Assembly: GCF_009914755.1 (NCBI RefSeq)
Contig: NC_060931.1
DNA: 64,000 nt
Direction: 5' to 3' (one strand)
Source of the DNA: the human T2T-CHM13v2.0 reference genome, Homo sapiens
The notes under the pieces: model-generated
Database searches by the model: none
What the model was told of the DNA's origin: nothing
What the model saw: only the letters and a program-made list of their open reading frames with translations
Shown here: positions 21,381 to 43,172 of the stretch, piece after piece
Layout: every line of letters starts with the position of its first letter
How positions within the stretch are numbered: the first letter of the stretch is position 1
Translations under genes and position numbers: made by a program

Positions 21381-22696
21381 TCACGAGGTCAGGAGTTCAG
21401 GACCAGCCTGGCCAACATGGTGAAACCCCGTCTCTACTAAAAATACAAAAATTAGCTGGGCGTGGTGGCGCTTGCCTATAAACCCAGCTACTCGGGAGGC
21501 TGAGGCAGGATAATTGCTTGACCCTGGACCCGGGTTGCAGAGAGCCGAGATCGCGCCGCTGCACTCCGTCTCAAAAAAAAAAAAAAAAGTGAAAAATGAA
21601 CACTTTTGTGGAAAAGTGTAAATAGTCTGCTCCCATTTCTATTAGCTAACACACCTGTGTGCACACGGAGCTTTCAGTCCAGTCTGGAAGGGGAGGGCGG
21701 GGCCTTCCCGGGAGTGAAGGGGGCGGGGCCGACCCAGACCCTCCAGGGAACGCCCTTGAGTAACTCGCGCACTTGGGGCCCGTTTCCACCTAGGACTACA
21801 GGCTCAAGATGGCCTGGTAGATGCAGCCGGCACGCACCTCTCCTCTGACGGGAACCGAAGGAGCCGGTAGGTTTTCACACTTGCAGCAGATCCGCTAAGA
21901 GAACGCGGGATTCAGCCGAGAAGCCACGGGGAGCCCGAGGAGCGGAGCAGAGGCACCCAGGCAGCCTGCGCGGAGAAATTGGATCGGCGGGGACGACCTG
22001 CAGCTCCCGCGCGCGGGGAAAGGGTGAGTGAGAGACCCCGGGGCTATGCAGTTCCCCCAGGGACTTCCACAGCCCCCCGACCCTCGCGGACCTCCAGAAT
22101 AGGGGGCAGCGGCCGAGAGATTCCCCAGCGGCGTTGCAGGAGCCCACGTGGAGCCCACGTGGAGCCCACGGGCTTCCTTGCCCTGAGCAGCTGCAGCTGC
22201 AGCCCCTGCCACCCCGAGAGTCCAGCCCCGAGGGCAGCTCCTGCCTTGCCTGCGGTTACCGCCGCCGCCAGCTGAGGGCCAGGGAGGGAGAGGGGAGGCC
22301 AGGCGCTCTCAGGAGTCCCAAAGGACAAATAATCCCGCCGCTGCCGCGGGACCCAGACACGAGCCAACTGCGCGCCCGCCCTGCCCCGCCTGAGCTTTCC
22401 GTCCGCCGCCTGGGGCCCAGCCCTTCCCTGTCTGTCACAACCAGAGCCCAAACCCCGGGGGCCTGAGGACAGTCCACTGGCGGCTCCGTCCCCTGAGGAC
22501 CTTGAGCAGGAGGGCCAGGGGCCTGGGGATTGGTGGCTGTTCTGCCCTTTCCGCCACCGTTGGCGGCTGAACACTCCTCCCCGGGGTCTGGGGTCAGGGA
22601 CCCAGCCTGTGGGATACCACCCAACTGCAACTGTCCTCATCCACATCACACTCACTGCTCCAGGGCCTGGGATCAACCACGAGCTTAGCTGGGGCT

Positions 22697-23701
22697 TGCA
22701 GGGACCAGCCCCACAGGGTCGGGGGGCTTCTCCCTGTGTGCGGCGACGAGAGAGTGTAGAAATAAAGACACAAGACAAAGGGATAAAAGAAAAGACAGCT
22801 GGGCCCGGGGCACCACTACCACCAATGCGCGGAGACCGGCAGTGGCCCCGAATGTCTGGCTGCGCTGTTATATTTTGGATACAAAGCAAAAGGGGCAGGG
22901 TAAAGAGTGTGAGTCATCTCCAATGATAGGTAAGGTCACGTGGGTCACGTGTCCACTGGACAGGGGGCCCTTCCCTGCCTGGCAGCCAAGGCAGCGAGAG
23001 AGAGAGACAAAGAGAAAGACAGCTTACGCCATTATTTTTGCATATCAGAGACTTTTAGTATTTTCACTAATTTACTACTGCTATCTAGAAGGCAGAGCCA
23101 GGTGTACAGGATGGAACATGAAGGCGGACTACGAGCGTGACCACTGAAGCACAGCATCACAGGGAGATGGTGAGGCCTCCAGATAACTGCGGGCAAGCCT
23201 GACTAATGTCAGGCCCTCCAACAAGAGGTGGAGGAGCAGAGTCTTCTCTAAACTCCCCCGGGGAAAGGGAGACTCCCTTTCCCGGTCTGCTAAGTAGCCT
23301 GTGTTTTTCCTTGACACTGAGGCTACCACTAGACTACCGTCCGCTCGGCAAGGGGCGTCTTCCCAGAAGCTGGCGTTACCGCTAGCCCAAGGAGCCCTTC
23401 TGGTGGCCCTGTCTGGGCATAACAGAAGGCTCGCACTCTTGTCTTCTGGTCACACCTCACTATGTCCCCTCAGCTCCTATCTCTGTATGGCCTGGTTTTT
23501 CCTAGGTTATGATTTTAGAGCAAGGATTATTATAATATTGGGATAAATTAATTACTACCAACTAATGATTAATGATATTCATATATAATCATCTCTAAGA
23601 TCTATATCTGGTATAACTATTCTTGTTTTATATTTTATTATACTGGAACAGCTCGTGTCCTCGGTCTCTTGCCTCGGCGCCTGGGTAGCTTGCTGCCCAC
23701 A
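22697..23701 (-). mobile_element. LTR13 solo LTR (HERV-K/HML-4 type), 1005 bp
   Basis: Minus strand starts TGTGGGCAGCAAGCTACCCAGGCGCCGAGGCAAGAGACCGAGG (LTR13 5' end). Perfect 6-bp TSD GGGGCT at 22691-22696 and 23702-23707; empty site in units 1 and 2. Confidence 0.88.
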
Positions 23702-24016
23702 GGGGCTGCCACTACCAGGATTCGAGCAGAGCACCTAGAGGACTCCAAATTGCTCCCCTGAACCCATTAATGCCAGAGCCAGCCTACACCGCTCCTGGGC
23801 TCAAAGACTGGCCCACCTTAGCCTCTTAGTCCCCAGCAACCACACCCTCCACTAATAACCACACCCTAAGCCACCCAAGAAATCATACAGAGCCTACAGT
23901 ACTACCCCAATCAAAGCCAAAGTGCCCCACCTAACCAACACCCTATCTACATTTTTAGGAAGAAGTCCTCCCCTACAAAGCAAATTCACAAACTTGGAAG
24001 AAGCAATTTACACAGG

Positions 24017-24391
24017 ATGTGCAGATCTCAATGGAAGGACACGGGAAACGTGAAAAAGCAAGGAAGTGGGACGCCTCCAAAGGAACCCAGTAATTCTCCA
24101 GCAACAGATCCCCATCCAAAAGAAATTCAAGAAATGTCATATAGAGAATTGTGGAAACTGATTTTAACCAAGATTAGAGGGATTCAAGAGACTTCTGAAA
24201 AAGAAAGTAAGGAAATGTCAACAGCAATTCTGGATATGGTTGAGGTATTTACCAACCAGATACAGAGTTTTCCAGAGCACATGGCAAATGTGGAACTGAA
24301 GAAATCACTGGATGAAATACAAAGTATACTCGAAAGCTTCAATGATAGACTAGATCAAGCAGAAAAAAAACTCTCAAAACTTAAAATCTGA
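24017..24391 (+). CDS. Putative L1 ORF1p-derived coiled-coil protein, copy 3 (124 aa)
   Basis: Intact [35 protein letters not shown]...[32 protein letters not shown]. Closest to old L1 ORF1p ([11 protein letters not shown]); one codon shorter than copy 2, frame kept. Confidence 0.65.
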
Positions 24392-24445
24392 AGGCTTTTA
24401 CTCAATTCAAATATTTAATGGGTTGTACTCTGGCCATTCAGGTGA

Positions 24446-24765
<320 letters not shown>

Positions 24766-25204
24766 TTGGGTTGTTATACTGGGGTCTTGAATAATCATTA
24801 AAGGTGAAATGAAAATAATTTCCTTTTGAGGTGGTCAATTTTGTGAGATGGATTCTTGTTAGGCAGCTGTCATGGAAAGATGATTTAGTTCAGTTGACAT
24901 TAATAATACGCATGGTAATCCTAACAGGTGAATGTGGTTCAAACTAAATTGCCAGGGAATTGTCATGGTCTAGAAAAGCCACTCTCTCCAGTAGACTGCT
25001 TACACAGCTACATGTCAGCCCTCCTCACTGTGAAAGTGACAGACACCCTAGCATTTTTATTCATCTCCCTTAGGTGCCTCAACTTTTTCTCCCACTCTCA
25101 GCTGAAAAGAGCTACATCTACCATTTCATCTACTTAGTGTATTTTCTTATTGGCTATGTTAAAAAATTACAAACATAACAATTATGAATGAAAAATAACT
25201 CCAT

Positions 25205-27922
<2,718 letters not shown>

Positions 27923-28010
27923 CTAGAACTCTTATAGAGAATGAAGAATGCGTTTTGATTTTCTTTTTTGCATATCCAAGACATTGCACTCAAGTTTCTG
28001 AATCGGCCTA

Positions 28011-28094
28011 TTAGGTTGGTGCAAAAGTAATAGTGGCTTTTGCCATTAAAAATTAAAAATGGCAAAAACCACGATTAGTTTTGCACCAACCTAA
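28011..28094. mobile_element. MADE1 (Hsmar1-derived MITE), near-palindromic
   Basis: ttaggttggtgcaaaagtaat...attagttttgcaccaacctaa terminal inverted repeats, preceded by TA. Confidence 0.9.
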
Positions 28095-28602
28095 CATTTA
28101 GGAAAATGGAGAGTTCCACGAAGGTGGGAATTTCTGTCTTTTTCATTTATGCTGTCTATGGTCAGCAGCTAGAACAGCAGTGCACACACAGCAGGTGCTC
28201 AGCCAGTCGGTATTTGTTGGGTGAATCAAGGAATGAAAATCACATTCAAGCCAATACACGTGATTAAACTACTGTTGTATCATTGGGCTGCGACGGTTAC
28301 AAGTCCACAAACTGTTTAACTGGACATATGTGAGGTGGTAAATCCCTCCATTTTACAGGTCTTTGGGAAGTTCTGGGGCCAGGAAATCCAAATTTGATAA
28401 TAGGATTTTCTCAACTGAACTCAGGGCAGAGCACAGATGGTCTGAGTGAACGCCCTGTGTGACAGGTGCCTTCCTGCAGGTAGGAACACTTCCTCTGCAG
28501 TCAGAGGGAGAAGAAAACATCAGGAGCTGGATGTGATTTCAGATCTGCACCGAGAAACATGCTGATTTCACTGGGGATGTGGCAGTCCCAGGTGAAGGCT
28601 GG

Positions 28603-28751
28603 CTAGGTCATAATTGACATCTCCTCCCTGTCTCTGCTCTCAGACATGGAGTTGATTATGCTTTTTAAATACTTTATGAATTCCATCCGGATCTCCTCAG
28701 GGTCATCTTCCAGGTTTGAGTGCACCAGCTTCAGCTTGTTCAAGGGTGGCG
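28603..28751 (-). CDS. IFT22: IFT22/RABL5 exon 5 (coding part, stop TAG at 28603-28605)
   Basis: (S)PPLNKLKLVHSNLEDDPEEIRMEFIKYLKSIINSMSESRDREEMSIMT*; acceptor ttttcaag. Five exons sum to 558 nt = 185 aa plus stop. Confidence 0.95.
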
Positions 28752-29008
28752 CTTGAAAATGAAGATAAGGTTAATTAGGCAAAGAGTTTCCATGAAGGGC
28801 CCTTTATAGCTCCCAATGAAACTTCTAGAAGAAATTTAACTTTCTGAAGTTCACAGATCAAGTTGTCTTCTTGACACCAGAGAACAGAGAATGGGTTTGC
28901 TATACTGCCCCCTGGCGACAGGATGAAAACCTTACAAACCACTTTCCAGGTCTTCTGTTCTTAAACCAGAAAGGAATAGATTCTCTATTATTCTCATTTT
29001 GTTTCTGA

Positions 29009-29287
<279 letters not shown>

Positions 29288-29807
29288 TAGCTGGGATTAC
29301 AGGTATGCACCACCACCCCTGGCTAATTTTTGTATTTTTAGTAGAGATGGGGTTTCACCGTGTTGGCCAGGTTGGTCTAGAACTCCCGACCTCAAGTGAT
29401 CCGCACACCTTGGCCTCCCAAAGTGTTGGGATTACAGGTCTGAGCCACCGCACCCGGTCTTTTCTCTTTTTTTTTTTTTTTTTTGAGATGGTGTCTCGCC
29501 CTGTCACACAAACTGGAGTGTAGTGGTGAGATCTCAACTCACTGCAATCTCCGCCTCCTGGGCTCAAGCAATTCTCCTGCCTTAGCCCCCTGAGTAGCTG
29601 GGAGTACAGGCGCCTGCCATCATGCCTGGCTAATTTTTGTATTTTTAGTAGAGACGTAGTGGACTCACATGGAGAGGGTAACAATTGCCTAGGGTACAGT
29701 AGGTGCTCAGTAACTGGACAGAGCTGCTGGTTTCTAGGACATGGGACAATATGTAGGTGTCCAAAACATTCAAGACAAAAGAGGAAGAGAAATTCCAGTT
29801 TCCTTAC

Positions 29808-30010
29808 ACAAAGACAGGCTTCCTTTATCATCTCCAGAGCCTGGTTTGTGGTGTGCAATTAGCATACACTGTGTGTCCTGTAAGGACGGCTGTTGGACAA
29901 AGCAGGAATACCACATCTCCATTTCCTTCCGGTGGCTTGGGATGTCAGCATTGAAGACGATCACCACTCCATGAGCATCCTTCATCAGGGCCGGCCAGCA
30001 GGACTCAAAC
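29808..30010 (-). CDS. IFT22: IFT22/RABL5 exon 4 (203 nt)
   Basis: [67 protein letters not shown]; canonical AG/GT, phases consistent. Confidence 0.95.
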
Positions 30011-30172
30011 CTGCGAGGAAGAAAAGGAACAACAGGGAAAGTTAGGTCATTCTGGTTTCTAACTGTGGACTTTAAAAAGAATATCTTAGTATTAAAAGTT
30101 GGTCTATGACGGCTGGGCGTGGTGGCTCACACCTGTAATCCCAGCACTTTGGGAGGCCGAGGCGGGCGATCA

Positions 30173-30498
<326 letters not shown>

Positions 30499-31590
30499 TC
30501 ACTGCAGCCTCCAATGTGGGCCCAAGTGATCCTTCTGCCTCAGCTTCCTGAGTAGCTAGGACCACATCAGGTCAATTTTATTTTTTGTAAAGGTGGATGA
30601 TTTCTTCATTAAAAAAAAATTATTATTATTATTATTATTTTTGGAGACAAGAGTCTGGCTCTGTCGCCCAGGCTTGAGTGCGGTAGCACGATCTTGGCTC
30701 ACCGCAATGTCCACCTCCCAGGTTCAAGCGATTCTCGTGCCTCAGTCTCCTGATTACTGGTACACACCACCGTACTGGGCTAAGTTTTGTATTTTTAGTA
30801 GAGACAGGGTTTCGCTATGTTGGCCAGGCTGGTCTCAAACTCCTGAGCTCTGGTGATCTCCCAAAGCAATGGATTACAGGTGTGAGCCATGGTGCCTGGC
30901 CCCTATTTTTTTTTTTTTTAAAATGAGGTTTCATCATGTTGGGCCGGCTGGTCTTGAACTCCTGACCTGAGGTGATCTGCCTGCCTCAGCCTCCCAAAGT
31001 ACTGGGATTACAGGCGTCAGCCACTGCGCCTGGCCAAGGTTGATGACTTCTAACTGCATCATAACCTAATCACTAAAGTGTATAAAGCAATGCATGTCAG
31101 CAAATCATTTATCAAGCTCCTCATACGTGCCAGGAAACATACTAGGCCCAACTTCATGGTGCCTGGTGGGCAGCTGATTTTTTGTTTTGTTTTGTTTTTT
31201 GAGCTAGAAGTCCAGCTCTGTCGCCCAGGCTGGAGTACAATGGTGCGATCTCAGCTCACTGCAACTTCTGCCTCCCGGGTTCAAGCAACCTCCGCTTGAA
31301 CCTCCAGGGTTCACTGCAACCTCCGCCTCCAGGTTCAAGCAGTTCTCCTGCCTCAGCCTCCCAACTGGGATTACATGTGCCTGCCACCAAGCCTGGCTAA
31401 TTTTTTGTATTTTTAGTAGAGACGGAGTTTCGCCATGTTGGCCAGGCTGCTCTTGAACTCTTCTCCTCAGGTGAGCCACCCACCTTGGCCTCCCAAAGTG
31501 CTGGAATTACAGGTGTGAGCCACCGCCCCTGGCTTGGGCAGCTGATTTTTAAACCATTTGATGAAGTGACTTTCTTTAAAGGAAACATAC

Positions 31591-31680
31591 TTAGCATCGC
31601 CACCACAGTCCCATAGCTCGAATTCACAGCCCGTGCCTTTGTTGTTGCTGGTAACATGCGGGTTCTCAAATTCTAGGATC
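31591..31680 (-). CDS. IFT22: IFT22/RABL5 exon 3 (90 nt)
   Basis: [30 protein letters not shown] including the G3 motif WDCGG; canonical splice sites. Confidence 0.95.
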
Positions 31681-31820
31681 CTAAAAGGAAAAAGAAGAGC
31701 AGTAGGCTGGGTGCAGTGGCTCACGCCTGTAATCTCAGCAGTCTGGGAGGCCAAGGCGGGCAGATCACTTGAGGTCAGGAGTTCGAGACCAGCCTGGCCA
31801 ACATGGTGAAACCCTTGCTA

Positions 31821-32030
<210 letters not shown>

Positions 32031-32112
32031 TTACACTTTTGGAATGCCAACAGCAACAAAAGTAGGAAGTGGGTGATGGCTGGGCAGTCTTTTAAAATTG
32101 TTTTATTATTAA

Positions 32113-32235
<123 letters not shown>

Positions 32236-32422
32236 TGAGACTACAGACACATGCCAACACACCTGGCTAATGTTTTATTTTTAGTTGAGACGGGGTCTCC
32301 CTATATTGCCCAGGCCTCAGGCGATCCTCCCGCTTTGACCTCCCAGAGCACTGGGATTAGAGGAATGAGCCTCCCTGCCGAGCCAGTTGGACACTCTGGG
32401 ACACAGATTTGTCAGGGCTCAC

Positions 32423-32499
32423 CTCACTCCTTGGGTTGGGCTGTATTCAGTGATGTCAGAAGATTCTGTCAGAAAGTTGGCCAAAACAGTTTTTCCACT
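32423..32499 (-). CDS. IFT22: IFT22/RABL5 exon 2 (77 nt)
   Basis: SGKTVLANFLTESSDITEYSPTQGVR completes the P-loop GPCESGKT and switch I; canonical splice sites. Confidence 0.95.
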
Positions 32500-32873
32500 C
32501 TGTGAAAATGAGTGCAAATAAAGGTCTTTGCTGAAAGGCAGAAAAGGAAACCAAAAAAATGACCCCAAGAGGTGGCCTGGAACCCGGTGTGGTGCAGTAT
32601 AGGTCATGGGCACCCTGAGATCACTGGGGTGGTTACGACCTCACTGTCTTGCTCTAGTGCAGTGGGCACAGCCTGGTCTGGGGTCCAGGGAGCATGGCAT
32701 TAAGGAGTTTTTATTTTTATTTTTTGAGACAGAGTTTCACTCTTGTTGCCCAGGCTGTGATCTAGGCTCACTGCAACCCCCGGGTTCAAACGATTCTCCT
32801 GCCTCAGCCTCCAGAGTAGTTGGGATTACAGGCGCCTGCCACCACGCCCGGCTTACTTTTGTATCTGTAGTAG

Positions 32874-33095
<222 letters not shown>

Positions 33096-33334
33096 TAATA
33101 CACATTGCTTTTTTTTTTTTTTTTTTTTTGAGACAAGGTCTTGCTCAGTTGCCCAGGCTGGAGTACAGCAATGTGATCATAGCTCACTGCAGCCTTGATC
33201 TGTAGGGCTCCAGTGATCCTCCTGCCTCAGCCTCCTGAGCCACCTGGGACTACAGGTGTGCATCACCATGCCCAGCTAATTTTTGTATTGCTTGTAGAGA
33301 TGGGGTTTCCCTATGTTGCCCAGGCTGGTCTTGA

Positions 33335-33755
<421 letters not shown>

Positions 33756-34829
33756 TGAGACGGAGTCTCGCTCTGTCTCCCAGGCTGGAGTGCAGTGGCG
33801 CAGACTTGGCTCACTGCAAGCTCCACCTCCCGGGTTCACGCCTCAGCCTCCCGAGTAGCTGGGACTACAGGCACCCGCCACCACGCCCGGCTAATTTTTT
33901 GTATTTTTAGTAGAGACGGGGTTTCACCGTGTTAGCCAGGATGGTCTCGATCTCCTGACCTTGTGATATGCCTGCCTCGGCCTCCCAAAGTGCTGGGATT
34001 ACAGGCGTGAGCCACCGCGCCCGGCCTTTTTTTTTTTTTTTTTTTTTAAACGCATTTAGCCTTAGTCCATCTGAGCTTTATTTCTGTGGATGATGTGAAG
34101 TATACATGTAGATGTGATCCCCACTACCACGCCCCCAACACACACATTAATAGCCAATGGTTCCAGGACCATATAGTAAAACGCCCAGGACTCGAGCAAA
34201 GGCTCATGCCTGTAATCCCAGAACTTTGAGAGACTGAGGCGGGAGGACTGTTTGAGCCCAAGAGTTGGAGACCAGCCTAGGTGCTAGGCAACATAGCAAG
34301 ATCCTGTCTCTACAAATAATTAACAAATTAAGGCCAGGCGCGGTGGCTCATCCCTATAATCCCAGCACTGTGGGAGGCCGAGGCTGGCGGATCACTTGAG
34401 GTCAGCAGAGACCAGCCTGGCCAACAAGGTGAAAACACACCTCTACAAAAAATACAAAAATTAGCCAGGGGTAATGGCGTGGGCCTGTAATCTCAGCTAC
34501 TCAGGAGGCTGAGGCAGGAGAATCGCTTGAACCCGGGAGGCGGAGTTTGCACTGAGCCAAGATCATGCCACTGCACTCCAGCCTGGGTGACAGGGCGAGA
34601 CTCTGTCTCAAAAAAACAAAACAAAACAAAAACAACAAATTTAGTCGGGCGTGGTGGTGCACGCCTGTAGTCCCAGGTACTCAGGAGGCTGAGGCAGGAG
34701 GACTGCTTGAGCCCAGGGAAGTCGAGGCTGCAGTGAGCTATGATCACACCACTGCACTCCAGCCTGGACGACACAGCGACAACCTGTCTCAAACAAAAGT
34801 CCAGACCCACAGACGCATTCATTAGGGGG

Positions 34830-35571
<742 letters not shown>

Positions 35572-36352
35572 TAAAATTTTTTTATTTGTAAGACTGGGTT
35601 TTGCTATGTTGCCCAGGCTGTTTTCGAACTCCTGGGCTGAAATGATCCTCCCATCTCCACCTCCCAAAATTCTGGGACTGCAGGCCCGTTCCACCAGTCT
35701 CGGTAGAGACGCGGAAAGCAAGACTCCAGGAGGGGGCGGAATGGCCGTTTCCAAACCTTTGTTTCTCCCAATAATCCCGAGAGCTCAAACAGGCCATACA
35801 AGTGCCAAGCTGGCCTTGGAACCAGGCCTTGACTCCTTTATCACTGTGGCATGATATCACTGTGGCCGTCCACCTGGGAGCCGATTTATCACTGCCGTGG
35901 CACAGCTCAGAAAAAATCAGGTGAAAGTCTGGTTTCTGTAAAAGGATTCACCACTCACTATCATTCGTCTGACCTAGGAGAAACCAAAGAGATGATGACT
36001 GGAATCGTTTAGTCAGTGCAGGTGTCTAGAAACATTGCTGCTAAATTCAATCAGTTAGGTCAGTCTGAAAATACAGAGTCAAGTCAGAATTTTGGATAAG
36101 CCATGATATTAAATGTCTATGTGCCGAGAGTGCCGGTACAAAATATGCTAGCCCATAAAAGGGCTGAAATGACAAAAATTTCTAGTCAACCCCGTATCAA
36201 ATCTTTAACCTTCGGTAACATAGTTACATAGTCTTTGTATTGAAAAGAACTACTTGGCTGGCCGCGGTGGCCCAGGCCTGTAATCCCAGCACTTTGGGAG
36301 GCCGAGGCAGGTGGATCACTTGAGGTTCTGCACAGTCCCTTCGTCCTGGTAG

Positions 36353-36589
<237 letters not shown>

Positions 36590-36787
36590 TGAGTAGCTGG
36601 GATTACAGGCACATGCCATCACATGCAGCTAATTTTTGTGTTTTTAGTAGAGACGGGGTTTTGTCATGTTGGCTGGGTTGGTCTTGAACCCCTGACCTCA
36701 AGTCCTTTCTGATCTGCCCGCCTCAGCCTCTGAAAGTGCCGGAATTACAGGCCTGAGCCACTGAACCCACCCCCATGTACAGTTTAA

Positions 36788-37168
<381 letters not shown>

Positions 37169-37470
37169 TAAAGTGCTGGGATCACAGTGTGAGCCGCCGC
37201 GCCCAGCCCGGTTCTCCTTTCTATGTGTAAAGATGCCATTTCCCCTCTATGTACAGTAATGGTTGTGCCTCTTGCCAGGTCCAGAGTCCAGGCTTCCTCA
37301 CCTCAGCGTTTACTTCATTGCACTGGGAGGTAGTTTGTGTGCTACAAATCTTAACAACACACGCCCTCACTGAAGGGTCTCATCGGTGTTTGGGTCCACT
37401 GATCACAACTCTAAGCCTGATACACCACAGATGCTGAATAGTGTTGGTTCTGGGCCAGTGCAGTGGCTCA

Positions 37471-38126
<656 letters not shown>

Positions 38127-39014
38127 TCATTTACTCTATAAATATTTAAGTTAATGAATGTTCCCTTAATCTTGCCAAGAACCTTTAGTTTTTGGCCCAG
38201 GTGAGAGAAATAAAAAATATGAAATGCGTTACATTTCTTCAATATATGTGCTGTATACATTTGGGATGATTATTGTAAATTATTGAAATACTTTTGCTTT
38301 ATGACTTTCATTTTAATTAGAAGAGGTTGACTTCAGACAGCTTAATACCCAGGCATTGATTGTAAAGTGAGCAATAGATCATTAGCGGGGGTGAGAACTG
38401 GGTGAACTCGGTCATTTTTCTCCTCCTTCTGTGATTCAATGCAATAAAATCTTTCTCTTGCAAAAAACCTAAAGAAATAAGTTTGACATATTTCAAATCC
38501 CTTCTATAAATTTTTGAAAAGATTTAATATAACCCCCAGCCATAAAATCTTTGAGTTGACCCTCCACGGTCTCAATGATTACACATGCAGTTTTTATTAC
38601 TAAAGAATAAATTGTGGGTTTCCCGTGACTCAAGGGAATCAAATGCCCTTCAATTACCTTCTCCTGCAGCGGGAGGATTTGAACCTTTTCCGTTCAACTC
38701 TTGAAGACAGGAATTTTACCAGATGGTTTGTAACCTGGAAATATTTTGTCCCCTATGAATGCTGTCATCTTTTTTTTTTTTTTAATTTAAAAAAAGGAAT
38801 AAAGCTGTAGCCAGAGATGATGTCCAGCAAGTTTGGTTTAGGACAAAATCAATGATGGACAAAATCAATTTAGGACAAAAAATGATCAACTTTTCATCAA
38901 TTCTCATTAGAAAGCCTGAGCTATACTTTCAATATAAAAAATATTTCCCAGCCAACTGAAGATAAAGCTTTTGGCAAAGCAGTGAAACAGGGATATGGCT
39001 GGACCAGGAGCCTA

Positions 39015-39401
<387 letters not shown>

Positions 39402-40151
39402 TCAAAACAAAACAAAACAAAACAAACAAACAAACAAACAAACAAAAACAACCACATACCTGAGACTGGGTAATTTATAAAGAAAAGAGGTTTAGACCTG
39501 GCACAGTGGCTCACGCCTATAATCCTAGCACTTTGGGAGGCTGAGGCTGGCGGGCAGATCACAAGGTCAGGAGTTCAAGACCAGCCTCGCCAACATGGTG
39601 AAACCCCGTCTCTACTAAAAATACAAAAATTAGCCGGGCGTGGTGGTGCACATCTGTAATCCCAGCTACTCGGGAGGCTGAGGCAGGAGAATCTCTTGAA
39701 CCCAGGAGGCAACTGTTACAGTGAGCCAAGGTTGCACCACTGCACTCTCCAGCCTGGGCGACAAGAGCAAAACTTCCTCTCAAAAAAAAAAAAAAAATTA
39801 TAAAATTAGCCAAGCCTCAGTTTTTCTCTCACTAAAATGGGGATCCTAGAATTGCTTGAATCCAGGAGGCAGAGGTTGTAGTGAGCCAAGATCGTGTCAC
39901 TGCACTCCAGCCTGGGCAATAGAGTGAGACTCTCACAAAAATAAAATAAAACAAAATAAACTAAACTGAGGATCCTAAAACTAATCCTATAGGGTTGTTA
40001 CGAGGATTGAATGTGATGAGGCATGCAAGTTATTTAGTCTAATTCCCGGCACATGACAGATGGTTGATATCTGATAGCTGTGATCACTTATAGCACTCAT
40101 AGGCCTTTAGAATATTTTTGTGATGCGTTTTTTTTTTTTTTTTTTTTTTGA

Positions 40152-40256
<105 letters not shown>

Positions 40257-40446
40257 TGAGTAGCTGGGATTACAGGCATGTGCCACCACTCCTGGCTAAT
40301 TTTTTATTTTTAGTAGAGACAGGGTTTCTCCATGTTGGTCAGGCCGGTCTTAAACTCCCGACCCCAGGTGATCTGCCCGCCTTGGCCTCCCAAAGTGCTG
40401 GGATTACAGGCGTGAACCACCATGACCGGCCTCATGATGCTTTTGA

Positions 40447-40818
<372 letters not shown>

Positions 40819-40846
40819 TAGTAGAGACGGGGTTTCACCGTGTTAG

Positions 40847-41056
<210 letters not shown>

Positions 41057-41804
41057 TGAGCACTAAAACTTTATGGTTTTTTCTGCCTCCCTTCGTTGCC
41101 CTCCCAGGAGAAAGCACTTACATGTTTAACTTACTGCAGATAAATTAATGTCTCTAACATATGATGCACGCCTGCTGAAATTTCTTTTTTCTTTTAGCGA
41201 CAGGGTGTCACTGTGTCACCCAGGCTGGAGTGCAGTGGCGAGACCATAGCTTACTGCATCCTCGAGCTCCTGGGTGCAAATGATCTTCTCATTTCAACTT
41301 CCCGAGTGGCTAGAACCACAGGGTGTGCACCACTATGCCTGGCCATTTTTTTAAAAAACATTTTTTTGTAGAGATGAGGTCTCCCTAAGTTGTCCAGGCT
41401 GGTCTCCAACTCTTGGCCTCAAGTGATCCTCTCATCTCGGCCTCCCAGCATGAGCCACCATGCCTGGCCTAAAATTTATTTTTATATAGCCATTTTGTGC
41501 TTGCTAATGTGAGCTGATTTCCTGCTTTTCCAACTTAGTTTGCTCAAAATTCTGTATATTTTATCTGCTTAAAGTGAAGGCTACAGTACATGAAACAGGC
41601 AGCTGCAAAGTCCAACTACACTCATGACCTAAAAAGTCTTGATATACCCTCCACACTGCATTTACGGTCAAGGGCAAATGAGATCCTATAGGCACACAAA
41701 ATTATATCTGATAGTGCCCAGGAATGACTGACACACCTGTGGACTGCTTAGAGCACCTGCATTACTGGGCTTGCAACTTTATACATTCGCAGAAAGACTT
41801 GCTT

Positions 41805-41839
<35 letters not shown>

Positions 41840-41853
41840 CTTATTTATTTATT
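41805..41853. repeat. (TTTA)n microsatellite (Alu tail)
   Basis: About 12 tetranucleotide units. Confidence 0.9.
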
Positions 41854-41895
41854 TGAGACAGACACTCTGTCGCCCAGGCTGGAGTGCAGTGATGA

Positions 41896-42359
<464 letters not shown>

Positions 42360-42546
42360 TGAACTCCTGACCTCAAATGATCCTCCTGTTGGCCTTCCAA
42401 AGTGCTGGGGTTATAGGCATGAGCCACCATATCCAGTAACACTTACTTTCCTAATGCCATTTCAAATTGGTCGCATTACTCCTTCTTGAGTCAGGCTTTA
42501 ATCTGATATTTAACCAGGATAATTCTAAAGTCTTTTTCTCCCCTGA

Positions 42547-42878
<332 letters not shown>

Positions 42879-42881
42879 TGA

Positions 42882-43172
<291 letters not shown>

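Noticed and set aside
22044-22889. 281-aa minus-strand ORF and other long ORFs in the GC-rich cassette regions
   Set aside because: Stop-poor GC-rich DNA; the ORF spans the LTR13 junction, and its length and start are not conserved among copies.
31062-31072. Perfect DUX4-type motif TAACCTAATCA in IFT22 intron 3
   Set aside because: A single degenerate 11-mer in 64 kb is compatible with chance, and it is not in the cassette promoters.
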